From the NCBI GenBank assembly GCA_043809245.1, contig JAZDDZ010000023.1, positions 2,821-66,820 of the forward strand: a stretch of DNA of 64,000 bases, written 5' to 3'. Shown in pieces: positions 46,071-56,620 of the stretch. The stretch's first letter is position 1. Each line of letters opens with the position of its first letter. This DNA comes from Candidatus Iainarchaeum sp. GTDB taxonomy: Archaea > Iainarchaeota > Iainarchaeia > Iainarchaeales > JAZDDZ01. The notes under the pieces were generated by a model. That model was not told the DNA's origin, did not search any database, and saw nothing but the letters and a program-made list of their open reading frames with translations. Position numbers and translations under genes: made by a program.

Positions 46071-47212
46071 TACCTTCCCCCCCTAATCGCCTCAATCGGG
46101 TCAAGGCTTGACGCTACAATCGAGGGATAAATGCCGGCAATTATGCCGACAAAAAACGCAAAAGCAAATGAAAGCAAGAGCAGCTGCAGGGAAATTGTTG
46201 TCTGGATTATTGTTTCGCTTATTGCAATGGAAAGAAGCGAGCCGAATGCAACGCCTGCAATTCCGCCAAGAATGCCTATGAACGCGGACTCGAATAAAAC
46301 CATTTTCACAACCTCGTCATCCGTCCAACCAGTGGCCTTCAAAGTGCCTATCTCCTTTGAGCGCTCCATTATGCTCATCAGCACAGTGTTCATTATACCA
46401 ATGCCCGCGACAATCGCGGAAATTCCCGCAACAAGGAAAACAACAAGGCGGAAGTCCCCGAGAATCTCGTTGAATTCGCTTGAAGCGCTGCTTGAAGTCA
46501 TTGCATCAAGCTTTTCGCCAAGGCGGAATTCCACTAAGCTTGCGAACTTTTCATCCTCGTCGGGATTGTCGAGGTAAACATGCGCAGCGGCTATTTTCCC
46601 CGATGGCATTGAAACCAAATCCCTCAAATCCTCTATGCGGAAAACAATCGTGCTCTCAATGAAGCCAGCCGAGGAAAAAATTCCCTTTACCTTGAATTTT
46701 TTTCCGTTGATGCCAATTGTGCTGCCAACAAACTTCTTGTAATCCTCTGCAATCTTGGAGCCAATCATTACAGAGGCTTTGTCTGATGCGTTAAGCATTG
46801 AGCCCCTTTCAACCTTTGCAGTGAAGCCGCCTCCCTTGATGCGCTTAAGCTTTTCAGCATCCGCGCCGTAAAGCGTAACCGACTCAAGCTGCAATATGTC
46901 AACTGGCTTGCCGTCAATGGTCAAAGCGGCATCATAAATTTCGGGAACCACAAGGTAAACCCCTGGCCATGACTCAAGTTCTCCCACATAAGATTCGTCA
47001 ATTTTTGACAATGCGGGATCCATTGAGTCCTTTTCAATTACCATAACCCCTTTTATCTGGCTGAACGTGTCAGTTATCTGCGTGTTGAAGCCATCGACAA
47101 TACTGACCATGGCGATTATCGCGGCAACACCAACGACTATTGCCGCAAGTGAAAGTATCGTCCTAGTCTTCCGCCTGAAAAGATTGAGAAAGGAGAGCTT
47201 TAGCATAACCAC
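46070..47212 (-). CDS. ABC transporter permease (FtsX/MacB-like)
   Basis: Paralogue of 44179..45324. Confidence 0.8.
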   Translation of the reverse strand: MVMLKLSFLNLFRRKTRTILSLAAIVVGVAAIIAMVSIVDGFNTQITDTFSQIKGVMVIEKDSMDPALSKIDESYVGELESWPGVYLVVPEIYDAALTIDGKPVDILQLESVTLYGADAEKLKRIKGGGFTAKVERGSMLNASDKASVMIGSKIAEDYKKFVGSTIGINGKKFKVKGIFSSAGFIESTIVFRIEDLRDLVSMPSGKIAAAHVYLDNPDEDEKFASLVEFRLGEKLDAMTSSSASSEFNEILGDFRLVVFLVAGISAIVAGIGIMNTVLMSIMERSKEIGTLKATGWTDDEVVKMVLFESAFIGILGGIAGVAFGSLLSIAISETIIQTTISLQLLLLSFAFAFFVGIIAGIYPSIVASSLDPIEAIRGGR

Positions 47213-47249
47213 GACCGCAAAAAATTCTGCAAAAATAACTCAGAACAAA

Positions 47250-48521
47250 TTATGCATTCATGTGCTTCCTTAACGCAAGCTGCCTGAAAACCATTTTCAC
47301 CAAAAAGTAAAGGATTACGAGGATTATGGCAATCAAAACAAGGTATGTAACCGGGCTTTCACCGGGAGCCGAATAGACAGTAATAGGAATGGTTGTCTCA
47401 ATTGAGCCTGGCTTGTTGGATTCATCCAAAAAATTCACGTTTACTTTAACTCCGTAATCCCCCGGCGGAATTGAACCATCCAAAATTAGGTCAAAAACCG
47501 CGCTGCCGGAATCCTCGGCGTCAATGTTGCCGACAAAGGATTTTTTTTCGCTGTTGAAAAGCCCTTCAGGGGAAGAAATCAAAACCTCCGCAGCCTTTGC
47601 CTTTGCAGTGCCGATGTTGTCAAGCTGAACGGAAAAAGAAAAAGAATCGCCCTGCAAAAGCTTTTTGTCCTTTGACCTGCCCTCAATGCTGTAATCAAAG
47701 CCTGAAAAAATCATGTTCGTGCTGCCCAAAACCTCGAAGGAAAAAGTGTCCTTTTCCCCGGAGGAGCAGTCAAGGCACGAAGCGTTAAGGTCAAAAGTGT
47801 AAATTCCAGGGTTAGCCTCGCTTTTCGGCCTAAGGGAAAACAAAACATTTTTGGATTCCCCAGGCGCAATATTGCCAAGCTGGCTTTTCGTTTCAGACAA
47901 GACAATGAAATCGGAAAAATTAGCCGAGTTCCGCGGAACCAGCTCAACCGATGCCTGCCTTGCCTCTCCTGAGCCGATGTTTTTTACAACAGCGCTGATT
48001 TCAATCGCGTCACCGCTGTGCGGCGCAAGGTCATTAAGGGAAATGCCCTGAATGTCAAGCTTATAATCGTTTGAAACCGCAAGCGAAATCGTCCTGACGT
48101 CGCTTACAGGCTTGTTGTCAACCCCGGGGTAATTGAGCTGCACGGAAAGCGTATAAGTGCCAGCATTTATTGCCTTGCCAACGTAAAAAGAAAATGAAAG
48201 CGTCTTGGTTTCATCCGGCTTTATCGAGGAAACCGTCTCGCTGCTGTCTGCAGGGGAAAAGCCGTTCGGAAGCAAAAGCACAGCGTTAAGGTCTGATACC
48301 TCTGTCCTGTATCCTACGTTTTTCAAGTCAACTGAAAGCGAAACAAAATCCCCGGGGTACACTGTTGAAGGGGAATAAGACGAAGAGGTAACGGAAAGAA
48401 GGTAAAATGCATCAGCTGCAAAAGCCACGGATGAAAAGGCCGAAAGCAAGGCAAGCAGGACTAAAAATTTTTTAATAACCATCGAACAATACCCCTGAAG
48501 TAAAATTACGATAGCCGGCAA
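47250..48521 (-). CDS. Secreted repeat (CARDB/DUF11-like beta-domain) protein with C-terminal TM anchor
   Basis: Signal peptide and repeated beta-rich ~100-aa modules (…VKNIGSGEA…). The C-terminal hydrophobic helix is followed by basic residues. Confidence 0.6.
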   Translation of the reverse strand: MPAIVILLQGYCSMVIKKFLVLLALLSAFSSVAFAADAFYLLSVTSSSYSPSTVYPGDFVSLSVDLKNVGYRTEVSDLNAVLLLPNGFSPADSSETVSSIKPDETKTLSFSFYVGKAINAGTYTLSVQLNYPGVDNKPVSDVRTISLAVSNDYKLDIQGISLNDLAPHSGDAIEISAVVKNIGSGEARQASVELVPRNSANFSDFIVLSETKSQLGNIAPGESKNVLFSLRPKSEANPGIYTFDLNASCLDCSSGEKDTFSFEVLGSTNMIFSGFDYSIEGRSKDKKLLQGDSFSFSVQLDNIGTAKAKAAEVLISSPEGLFNSEKKSFVGNIDAEDSGSAVFDLILDGSIPPGDYGVKVNVNFLDESNKPGSIETTIPITVYSAPGESPVTYLVLIAIILVILYFLVKMVFRQLALRKHMNA

Positions 48522-48562
48522 ACCTTTTAAAATGTATTTAAAATATTCTTAATGGTGAACAA

Positions 48563-49303
48563 ATGAATCGAGTACAAAGCGGGATAGTCGGATTGGATGA
48601 ATTGATTGAAGGCGGCTTTCCCCAGGGAAGAAGCCTGCTGCTGAGCGGGGGGTGCGGAACCGGCAAAACTATTTTTTCGATGCAATACATTTATGCGGGC
48701 GCAAAAAAATACTCTGAGCCAGGCATCTATGTAACGCTTGATGAAAGGCCTGATTTGATAAGGCAGGATGTTATGCGCTTTGGATGGGATTTGAGGAAAT
48801 TGGAAAACGAAAACATGGTGCACATAATAGACGGAAGCATCGCTAAATTGGGGATTCCAAGCGAAGAGGAATTCGCAATGCCTGCAACAGGCTTTGATTT
48901 GGACAAATTGCTCCTTGAAATAATGAGGATAACCAAAAGAATTGACGCAAAAAGACTGGTTATTGATTCGCTGCCTGCGCTCGGCCTGAACTTTGACAAC
49001 ATCAACGATGTGAGGAAAGCGATACTGAAACTCAGCTATTTGCTCATGAGAACAGGAGTTACATCCATAATGACCTCAGAGGTGGACGAAGGCGCAATGC
49101 AGTACGGAAAATACGGGGTGGAGGAGTACGTTGTCGACGGGGTGATAGTGCTTCATTACATGGGCATTGGAACGCAAAGCAACAGGACACTGCACATAAG
49201 GAAAATGAGGGCAACAAAGCACTCTGAAGACCTTCACCCGATTGAAATAACGGAACGCGGAATGGTCATACACAAGATAGAGGAAGAATACGAAAAGGAA
49301 TAA
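48563..49303 (+). CDS. KaiC/RadA-like RecA-superfamily ATPase (single domain)
   Basis: GIVGLDELIEGGFPQGRSLLLSGGCGTGKT Walker A and KaiC-like downstream blocks. 246 aa. Confidence 0.75.
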   Translation: MNRVQSGIVGLDELIEGGFPQGRSLLLSGGCGTGKTIFSMQYIYAGAKKYSEPGIYVTLDERPDLIRQDVMRFGWDLRKLENENMVHIIDGSIAKLGIPSEEEFAMPATGFDLDKLLLEIMRITKRIDAKRLVIDSLPALGLNFDNINDVRKAILKLSYLLMRTGVTSIMTSEVDEGAMQYGKYGVEEYVVDGVIVLHYMGIGTQSNRTLHIRKMRATKHSEDLHPIEITERGMVIHKIEEEYEKE

Positions 49304-49320
49304 ATTGCAAAAGCACACGG

Positions 49321-50988
49321 CTAATTAAGCAATTCATTCATTCTCCCAAGGACTTTTTCTTTGCCCAAAGCGATTATTAGCGAGCCGAGCTTGGGGCCCT
49401 GCTTTCGCCCGAGCATGGAAAGATAGAACAGCTGGAAAAGCTCGGCGGGCTTTATGCCTGCCGCCTTTGCGCTTTCAAAAATTTGCTGCTGAATCTCTTC
49501 CGCGGAAACAGGTTGTGAAATTTTTTGCAGAAGAGCGGGAAGAATTTTTGCAAATTCCTTTTCTGAACCAAACAATGCAATTGCCTCGCCTGAAATTTTT
49601 TCCGTGAAATGAATGCGCTGCTCTTCTGTCGCATGAAGCTCCAGGAATTTCCTTGCAAGGGAAATCCTTTCATTCAGCAGATTTAATTCATCTGCGCCAG
49701 GGCTTTTTCCAAGGTGCCCTGTTTCCTTAAGCTTTTCAAGCAAAACAGAATCGCCCGGGAAAAGCTGGGCAAGCGCGGAAACAAAAGCGTAATCCGCCTT
49801 CAGCGGCGCAAGCTTCCTTCCCTTAACGGAAGAAAACTCAAACAGTTTTTTCTGCTTGGCCAAATCCTTTTGTTCCCCCTGAACCGCTTCCTTTGAGTAA
49901 AAATTTTCCGCGGCGCGGTCAAGCTCCAGTTCAAGCAGGGGAATTTCACGCCAGGAAAAACTGCGCGCCTTTGTGATGCGCTTGAGGTACAAGAATTTCA
50001 ATGCCTCGGGCCTTGAAACCTGAAGCCAGTCAGCAGGATAGACAACATTGCCCAAAGAAGCGCTCATTTTTTTGCCGTCAATCATCAGGTGCTCGTAAAA
50101 AATTGGCTCGGGCATCGGGAACCCAAGTATTTTTTCGCATATCTCGGCGTTAACCCAGAACGCGGAATTGCCTGACTCGTATTCCTTTCCCGCGCCCTCG
50201 GCGCAGACACTCCAGCGCTTCCACTGCGCTGCCCACTCGCTTTTCCATGCAAGCTTTCCATTGGCTTTTGTAAGGCTTGAGGTTCCCTCATGGCCGCATC
50301 CCTTTGCAAGGTGCTTTTCAAACGCATAGTCACGGCACGCGTACTCCACTTTTTTTCCGTCAAATTTTGTTACAACTGTTGTCTGGAGCTTTCCGCATTT
50401 GTCGCAAATCGGCTTCCAGGGGCTCCAGTCTTGCGGCACGGGATTATCTTTCTGCTTGTTTATTATGCCGCTCACTTCCTTGGATTTTTCGACAAGGATT
50501 TTGATTGAATCATTGAATTCGCCTTTCTTGTATTCCTCGCGCATTGAAAAAACATCTGGTTCAAAGAAAAGGAATTTTCTGAAAACATCCAAAAAATTCT
50601 GCAAAAAATGCTTTGCATAGCTTTCATGGCAGCCAAAGGGGTCGGGAACATCTGAAACAGGCATTCCAATGAATTCAGTGAAATTCTGCGGAACGCCTTT
50701 TGGAATGCTTCTCAATGGGTCCATGTCCTCGGTTACGTAAATGAATTCCGCGGGAAATCCTTTCTCCTTCATTGCGCGGAAAACCGCTTCTCCGCGAATA
50801 ATGTCGCTCAGGCGGCCGATGTGGAGCACGCCTGAAAGAGAAGAGCTTGACTTCACGCTCCACTTCTTCAGCTTTGGCACTGAATCACTAGTGAAGTGGA
50901 ATTTCTTCCTTTCCATTACTTTCTGCGCCGCTGACTCAGCCCAGAAAAACCGTTCCGCATCCGAAGGAAGTTTATCAGACATTTTCAT
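49321..50988 (-). CDS. lysK: Lysyl-tRNA synthetase, class I
   Basis: HIGR (HIGH-like) and KMSAS (KMSKS) class I motifs in an archaeal-LysK-like layout. 555 aa. Confidence 0.8.
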   Translation of the reverse strand: MKMSDKLPSDAERFFWAESAAQKVMERKKFHFTSDSVPKLKKWSVKSSSSLSGVLHIGRLSDIIRGEAVFRAMKEKGFPAEFIYVTEDMDPLRSIPKGVPQNFTEFIGMPVSDVPDPFGCHESYAKHFLQNFLDVFRKFLFFEPDVFSMREEYKKGEFNDSIKILVEKSKEVSGIINKQKDNPVPQDWSPWKPICDKCGKLQTTVVTKFDGKKVEYACRDYAFEKHLAKGCGHEGTSSLTKANGKLAWKSEWAAQWKRWSVCAEGAGKEYESGNSAFWVNAEICEKILGFPMPEPIFYEHLMIDGKKMSASLGNVVYPADWLQVSRPEALKFLYLKRITKARSFSWREIPLLELELDRAAENFYSKEAVQGEQKDLAKQKKLFEFSSVKGRKLAPLKADYAFVSALAQLFPGDSVLLEKLKETGHLGKSPGADELNLLNERISLARKFLELHATEEQRIHFTEKISGEAIALFGSEKEFAKILPALLQKISQPVSAEEIQQQIFESAKAAGIKPAELFQLFYLSMLGRKQGPKLGSLIIALGKEKVLGRMNELLN

Positions 50989-51046
50989 GACCGCTAAAAA
51001 AAGAAAGCCCCTGAAAAAAATAAAAACAGGAAAGTTTTGGGAGAAC

Positions 51047-53176
51047 TCACTTTAATGCCGCCAAACCATCTTTGCCGGACTGCTTTTTTCTCAAAATCAG
51101 GAAAAGCAAGGCAACGATTACCACAAGAAGCAGGACAACCACGCCAAAGCCAATCAGGACAAAAGCAGAGTCATCCAGCTGCAGAAGCGGCCTTTCAAAA
51201 GAGCCGGAGTCAATTTTTGAATTAGCGTACAGGATTATCGGTGCGGGAAAAGCATTCAAAAGCCCCTCAGCTAGGTAAGCCCTGCTTTCCTCGTTTGAAA
51301 GCTGCTTTTTCAGGTAATACGTAAATGAAAACTGGCTGTTAGGGGAAATTGAAACCGGCGCCTTAATTGTTGGATCCTGCTCAATCACCGCAAACTCGAA
51401 AGAAGAGCCGACAAGCGAAGCTTTCTGCGCGAAAGCCTTGGGAATAACTTCCACAAGCTGTAGCTCTGCTGCATTGGAATCCTTGTTGGTTAAGCCTACT
51501 GACACAACCGCCATATAGTAAATGTTATTGGAATCATTGACCTCGACAACGCGAAGCATCATGTTTGCGTCATACTTCCGGAACAGTTCAAGGCTTTCAT
51601 CAATGAACTGCTGCTTCAGCCAAATGGATTTCAATGAAGCTGCAACACTTTCATCGTTAAAGGAAAGCTTTCTTGTTGCAAAATTCTTCACGGAAATCGA
51701 GTGGAGCGAGGCGTTGAAGTCAGAGGAAGCCGAAAGCGCGCTTTTTTCAGCTGAACCGAAAGTGCCGTCTGAATAGGATACACGCGCATCAAAAAGCGCG
51801 GACTGCGCGGAAGAAAAAAACGAATTGAATGAAGCGGATTCAACGCCAATGGAATCAAGCTGCTGCTTTAACGCCAGGGCCGCGTTTGCATCGGCTTCTG
51901 CGGCGCGGATTGCGCTTGAAGCCATATTCCTTTCAAAAGCAGTATTAACCAAAGTAACTTTGATTGATTCGGCAGCGGTGTTGCCTGCCCTGTCAAACGC
52001 GACAACATTAAGGTCATAGGCTGCATTTGCAACTGCAAGAGTGTTCCAGTCAAAAGAGTGCACGCCGTTGTTTTCATCTGAAACGCTTCCGATGAGCGCG
52101 CTTTCACCGCTTCTAACCCTGAAGAACTTTACGGAATCAATTCCGCTGGCGTGTGCGCCGGTGTCAGAAGCCCTTGCCTCAAGTTTTACAATATCTGAAA
52201 GCCTTGCACCGGCAGCCGGGCTTAAAACATCCAAGGAAGGCTTTGTGAAATCAGCGGAAAGAGATGTTGACACTTCGCATGGCGCGCCAAGATAACCCTC
52301 TGTTCCAGTAAATGAAAGAATGTAATTCCCCTCAACACCGCCAAGGTCAAGCGTGTAAGAAAGGGAATCAGAATCATCGACATTGGAAACGACTTCCGAA
52401 GAATTTGAATCGCCTGGGCGCGTTACGCTTAAGGCGCCTTCGTAAAAATTCCCGCTTGATGAAACCAGAACGTCAAGCGACTGCTTGTTTGTGTAGGAAG
52501 GCGTGTTGAAGGAAATGTCAAAATCACACCTCAAAGGCACTGGCGCAAAAGCCTGAATGCTCACAGAGCCGAGGTTGCCCGCCGCGTCAACCGCGCGGAC
52601 CTTGTAAAAATAAGTCCTGCCCTCCAAAAAATTTTCATCGGAATCCATGTAAGTGTTGCCTTTAATATCGGAAAAAATCTTCAAATTAACCGCGCCGGAA
52701 ATGTCAAAGTCCCTTTCAAGTGCGCGGTAAATCATATAGCTTTCAACTCCGGAGTAAATGTCCTCCGGCGCATCCCATGAAAGCTGAATCCCGCCACCGA
52801 TTGCAACTGCCTTGAAGTGCGGCGGCGTGCGCGGCTTTGTCCTGTCAATCTGCACCTTAAAAGTGGAAACATCACTCCACTGGTCGCCAGCCCCTGCCTT
52901 GATTTTAAAAAACCAGATTCCCTCCATGCGATTGGGAAAAAAAACATTATTATCAAAAGTGTCAACGTTATCGTCAGGCAAAGCAGCCTCATCGGTTGTG
53001 AAAACATAGGAGTACTTTGACGCGCCATCAGCAGACCATGACAGCCTAACGTCATTTCCGTTATACCACTTGGATTGGTCCGGGTTGGTTGAACTGCTAA
53101 CAATTGGGGCGCTTAAGGCAAAACCAAAGGAAGCGCAAAGAAAGACGCACAAAGCCAGAAGAAAAATTTTTTTCAA
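51047..53176 (-). CDS. Large secreted surface protein (Ig/FN3-like beta domains) with C-terminal TM anchor
   Basis: Signal peptide and Ser/Thr/Asn-rich beta-type repeats. C-terminal hydrophobic helix plus a KKQ tail. Confidence 0.5.
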   Translation of the reverse strand: MKKIFLLALCVFLCASFGFALSAPIVSSSTNPDQSKWYNGNDVRLSWSADGASKYSYVFTTDEAALPDDNVDTFDNNVFFPNRMEGIWFFKIKAGAGDQWSDVSTFKVQIDRTKPRTPPHFKAVAIGGGIQLSWDAPEDIYSGVESYMIYRALERDFDISGAVNLKIFSDIKGNTYMDSDENFLEGRTYFYKVRAVDAAGNLGSVSIQAFAPVPLRCDFDISFNTPSYTNKQSLDVLVSSSGNFYEGALSVTRPGDSNSSEVVSNVDDSDSLSYTLDLGGVEGNYILSFTGTEGYLGAPCEVSTSLSADFTKPSLDVLSPAAGARLSDIVKLEARASDTGAHASGIDSVKFFRVRSGESALIGSVSDENNGVHSFDWNTLAVANAAYDLNVVAFDRAGNTAAESIKVTLVNTAFERNMASSAIRAAEADANAALALKQQLDSIGVESASFNSFFSSAQSALFDARVSYSDGTFGSAEKSALSASSDFNASLHSISVKNFATRKLSFNDESVAASLKSIWLKQQFIDESLELFRKYDANMMLRVVEVNDSNNIYYMAVVSVGLTNKDSNAAELQLVEVIPKAFAQKASLVGSSFEFAVIEQDPTIKAPVSISPNSQFSFTYYLKKQLSNEESRAYLAEGLLNAFPAPIILYANSKIDSGSFERPLLQLDDSAFVLIGFGVVVLLLVVIVALLFLILRKKQSGKDGLAALK

Positions 53177-53230
53177 AAAGCAAACCCCTTAAAGTAAAAG
53201 AAAAGAAGGTAATAAAAAGTTAAGGTAAAT

Positions 53231-53304
53231 TGGGGATGGCGGGATTTGAACCCGCGACACATCGGTCTTCAGCCGATTGCGCTACCGGGCTGCGCTACAT
53301 CCCC
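53231..53304 (-). tRNA. tRNA-Phe (GAA)
   Basis: The reverse complement folds as a cloverleaf: acceptor GGGGATG/CATCCCC, anticodon loop CUGAAGA, T-loop TTCAAAT. Confidence 0.85.
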
Positions 53305-53348
53305 GTGAAAAAACCCCGCGCGGTTTATTGCCGCGCAAGGCATTTCAA

Positions 53349-53422
53349 CGAGCCCGCTGGGATTCGAACCCAGGACACCTTGGTTAAAAGCCAAGTGCTC
53401 TGCCAGGCTGAGCTACGGGCCC
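53349..53422 (-). tRNA. tRNA-Lys (UUU)
   Basis: The reverse complement is GGGCCCGTAGCTCAGCCTGG..., with anticodon loop CUUUUAA and T-arm GGGTTCGAATCCC. Confidence 0.85.
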
Positions 53423-53499
53423 AAAAAGGAAAGCTTTGCAAAACAGCCGGTAAAATAATTTAATTCAATTATAGATATTTAAAGGAAATAGTTAATTAA

Positions 53500-54798
53500 C
53501 TACTTTCCCTTTGCGCGCTTTAGGGGCTTTATTTCCTTCACCCCGTGCATGAAAGGATGCAGAACCTTTGGGATTTTGACTGTTCCATCCTCTTCCTGGA
53601 AATTCTCAATGATTGCACGGATTGCCCTCGAGGTTGCAACAGCAGTGCTGTTCAAGGTGTGCGGGAATTCCTTTTCCCCGCTTTTTCTGCGCATTTTAAC
53701 ATTCGAGCGAACAGCCTGATAAGTTGTGCAGTTGCTGCAGGAAACAACCTCCTTATAAGTTTCCTCCCTAGGCATCCATGCCTCAAGGTCATACTTTTTT
53801 GCGGCAACTGTTCCGATGTCGCCAACACAAATGTTCACCACGCGATAGGGAATTGCAAGCGCCTGGAAAACCTCTTCCGCGTTTTTCAGCAGCTCTTCGT
53901 GCAGCGCCTCGCTTTCCTCTGGCTTGCAGTAAATGAACTGTTCCACTTTGTTGAACTGGTGCACGCGAAACAGTCCCTTTGTGTCAATGCCGTGCGCGCC
54001 AATCTCCTTGCGGAAGCAAGCGCTCAGGCCAGCGTACTTTAAGGGCAGCTGAGATTCATCTATTATTTCATCGCGGAACATTGCGCCTATTGCATGCTCA
54101 GAAGTTGCAATCAAGTAAAGGTCAGAACCCTCAATTTTATACATAACCTTTTCGAAGTCGTCCAAATCAGTTACCCCTTCATACGCCTCTTTCCTCACCA
54201 TCAAAGGCGGCTCCACAAAAGTATAGCCTTTCTTCACTATGTGCTGGATTGCAAACTGAATAATTGCCTGGTCAAGCAAAGCGACATCGCCAAGCAAAAA
54301 ATAAAATCCCTGGCCTGAGACCTTTGCTGCGCGGTCAAAATCCGCAAGGCCGTTCTCCTGCAAAAATTCGCCGTGCGGCTTAAGCGGAAAATTGTGCTTT
54401 ATGGGCTTTCCCCAGCGCTTAAGCTCCGTGTTTTCGCTTGAATCCTTTCCATCAGGAACAGAGGGGAGCAGAATGTTCGGCAGGCGCATGAGGTAGTAGC
54501 TTATTTTTTCTTGAAGTGCGCCTGACTCTGCCTCTATTTTTGAAATTTTTTCAGGCAAAAGCTTTGCCTCTTTTATTTTTGCAGCAGCATCCTTTTTCTG
54601 GGATTTAAGCAAAGTTATTTGCTGCGTGAGCTCGTTTCGCTTGCCGCGCAAAACCTGCGCCTCTTGGAGAAGTTCGCGGTAACGCTTGTCCTTCTCAAGC
54701 AGGTCATCAAGCCACTTCAGCTTCTCGTTGTCCTTTCTCTTGAAAAGGTTCTTCCTGACCGCATCAGGAGCCTCCCTCACGAAATGAATGTCAAGCAA
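53500..54798 (-). CDS. serS: Seryl-tRNA synthetase
   Basis: N-terminal coiled-coil arm and class II motifs (FRKE, GAHGIDT..., TSEH...). 432 aa. Confidence 0.9.
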   Translation of the reverse strand: MLDIHFVREAPDAVRKNLFKRKDNEKLKWLDDLLEKDKRYRELLQEAQVLRGKRNELTQQITLLKSQKKDAAAKIKEAKLLPEKISKIEAESGALQEKISYYLMRLPNILLPSVPDGKDSSENTELKRWGKPIKHNFPLKPHGEFLQENGLADFDRAAKVSGQGFYFLLGDVALLDQAIIQFAIQHIVKKGYTFVEPPLMVRKEAYEGVTDLDDFEKVMYKIEGSDLYLIATSEHAIGAMFRDEIIDESQLPLKYAGLSACFRKEIGAHGIDTKGLFRVHQFNKVEQFIYCKPEESEALHEELLKNAEEVFQALAIPYRVVNICVGDIGTVAAKKYDLEAWMPREETYKEVVSCSNCTTYQAVRSNVKMRRKSGEKEFPHTLNSTAVATSRAIRAIIENFQEEDGTVKIPKVLHPFMHGVKEIKPLKRAKGK

Positions 54799-54862
54799 AG
54801 CAAAACACCATATGTAAAGGCTGCTAAAAATGATTAAAAATGAAGCGCAGGGAGAGTTTCTT

Positions 54863-55402
54863 ATGGGAAAAGAAGCAGTTGTTTTCCGGTACGGGCACAG
54901 AAGCGTTAGGGATTACAGGGTTACGAGCCACTGCTGCCTTGTCGCAAGGGCATTCGGCGCGAAAAAAATCATAATAAACGGAGCACAGGATGAAAGCATT
55001 GAGAATACAGTAAGGGGAGTAAGCAAAAGATGGGGCAATGGCTTCTCGGTTGAATTCGAGGAAAACTGGAGAAACGGGCTGAAAAAGCTTAAGGAAGGGG
55101 GATACTTGATTGTGCACGCGACAATGTACGGCCTGCCCCTGCAAAAAGTTGAAAAAAAACTGAAAAACGAGAAAAAAATATGCGTTGTAGCAGGATCACA
55201 GAAAGTCGAACGCGAGGTTTATAACCTTGCGGACATGAATGTGTCGGTTACACAGCAGCCCCACTCAGAGATAGCCGCGATAGCAATGCTGCTAGACAGG
55301 TTCTTCACAGGAAAAGAGCTTGGAAAAAAATTCGCAGGGGCAGAGCAAAAAATAATACCGCACGCAAAGGGAAAAAAAGTGGAAAAAATAAGACCTGTTT
55401 AA
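54863..55402 (+). CDS. tRNA (cytidine56-2'-O)-methyltransferase aTrm56 (SPOUT)
   Basis: VVFRYGHRSVRDYRVTSHCCLVARAFGA matches the Trm56 N-terminus. The ATG at 54863 is preferred over the track start. Confidence 0.7.
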   Translation: MGKEAVVFRYGHRSVRDYRVTSHCCLVARAFGAKKIIINGAQDESIENTVRGVSKRWGNGFSVEFEENWRNGLKKLKEGGYLIVHATMYGLPLQKVEKKLKNEKKICVVAGSQKVEREVYNLADMNVSVTQQPHSEIAAIAMLLDRFFTGKELGKKFAGAEQKIIPHAKGKKVEKIRPV

Positions 55403-55427
55403 ATTATTAATCTGGAAGAAAATAGTT

Positions 55428-55961
55428 ATGGCAAAAAAGGACATAAGCGGCTACCTGATTGTTAGGGAATTCCTCAAATCAGCAGGAGGCGACCACGCGC
55501 AAAAGCTTGTCAAAATATGTGAAAGCAAAAAAAAGCCAGTGACAGATGAAGAAATAGGCAAAAAACTGCCGTTAAAGATAACTGAGATAAGGACTGTACT
55601 CAACAGGCTGCACTTCCGCGGCATAGCATGCTACAACAAAACAAGGAATAAAAAAACAGGCTGGTATTCCTACACTTGGGAAATAAGGCCTAAGCGGATA
55701 GCAGAGCTCATACTTGAACAGCAAACCGAGGAAATACAAAAACTAGAGAAAAAAATAGAATTTGAGAAAAATTACGATTTCTTTGCATGCAAAAAAAACT
55801 GCGCCTACCACCCATTTGAAATAGCCGCAGAATACCAGTTCAAGTGCCCAAACTGCGGCCAGAAAATGGATTCGGTCAACAATGAAAAAAGGCTTAAGGA
55901 ACTTGAAAAACAGATAAAAACAATCAAGGGGGAAGTGGAAGAGCTGCAAAAAAACTTCTAA
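55428..55961 (+). CDS. tfe: Transcription factor E (TFE, TFIIE-alpha homologue)
   Basis: N-terminal winged helix and a C-terminal zinc ribbon (FKCPNCGQKMD). Confidence 0.75.
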   Translation: MAKKDISGYLIVREFLKSAGGDHAQKLVKICESKKKPVTDEEIGKKLPLKITEIRTVLNRLHFRGIACYNKTRNKKTGWYSYTWEIRPKRIAELILEQQTEEIQKLEKKIEFEKNYDFFACKKNCAYHPFEIAAEYQFKCPNCGQKMDSVNNEKRLKELEKQIKTIKGEVEELQKNF

Positions 55962-56144
55962 AAAAACACAAAATTTAGGACAAATGCAGATCTTTCTTAG
56001 GGTAAGAAAAAAGAGGCAAAAAAGCCAGGGTTTGTAAAAAAAAGCCAGCAGTTTTATTATTTTCAAAAAATAAAGCATTTAACAAGGCATTTCAAAAAAA
56101 CAGGAAAAATAAGCTTTTAAACTGGTGGTTGTAAGTTGTTTTTT

Positions 56145-56219
56145 AGCGGGGTGGGGCAGCCAGGAGTGCCCGTCGGGCTCATAACCCGAAGGTCGAAGGT
56201 TCAAATCCTTCCCCCGCTA
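56145..56219 (+). tRNA. Initiator tRNA-Met (CAU)
   Basis: AGCGGGG acceptor (A1:U72) and three G-C pairs in the anticodon stem (TCGGG-CUCAUAA-CCCGA). T-arm GAAGGTTCAAATCCTTC. A TATA-like box sits about 27 nt upstream. Confidence 0.85.
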
Positions 56220-56620
56220 ACTTTTTCTAAAATGCCACGCCACAGGTTTAAAACCTCTAAAACCCCCGGCTTACTTTGTAATTAAGGCGCGGCAATAGGG
56301 AAAGACCGGCCCTAAAACAAAAAAACACAATGCTTACTATTGCTTAGTGCAAGAGCGTGGCTGCATACCAGCATAAAAAGTAAAAAAACCACGGCTTACT
56401 ATTTAGTTACCATTTGAAAAGCCGCAAAAGACCTCTAAAAACACCAATCACTTTTACAAAGCCGAATAAGCCACTTAGCCGCTGAGTGCTTTTTCGTTGA
56501 AAAATAACACTCACTTTCCCCCTCACATTTAGAGCAAAAAACAAAGGAGTAAAGAAAGTAATTACTAGTAATTACCGTAACATTTTAAAGTAATTACGGT
56601 CATTATCATATTGACTGACT

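Noticed and set aside
56260-56310. RNase P RNA-like strings (cccccggcttac resembling CR-V ACAGAAcCCGGCUUA; agggaaagaccggccc resembling CR-I GGAAAGUCCGGGC)
   Set aside because: The two motifs are in the wrong order and only ~35 nt apart. The surrounding DNA is AT-rich without the rest of the P RNA core. More likely they are part of the repeat array of the element next to tRNAi-Met.
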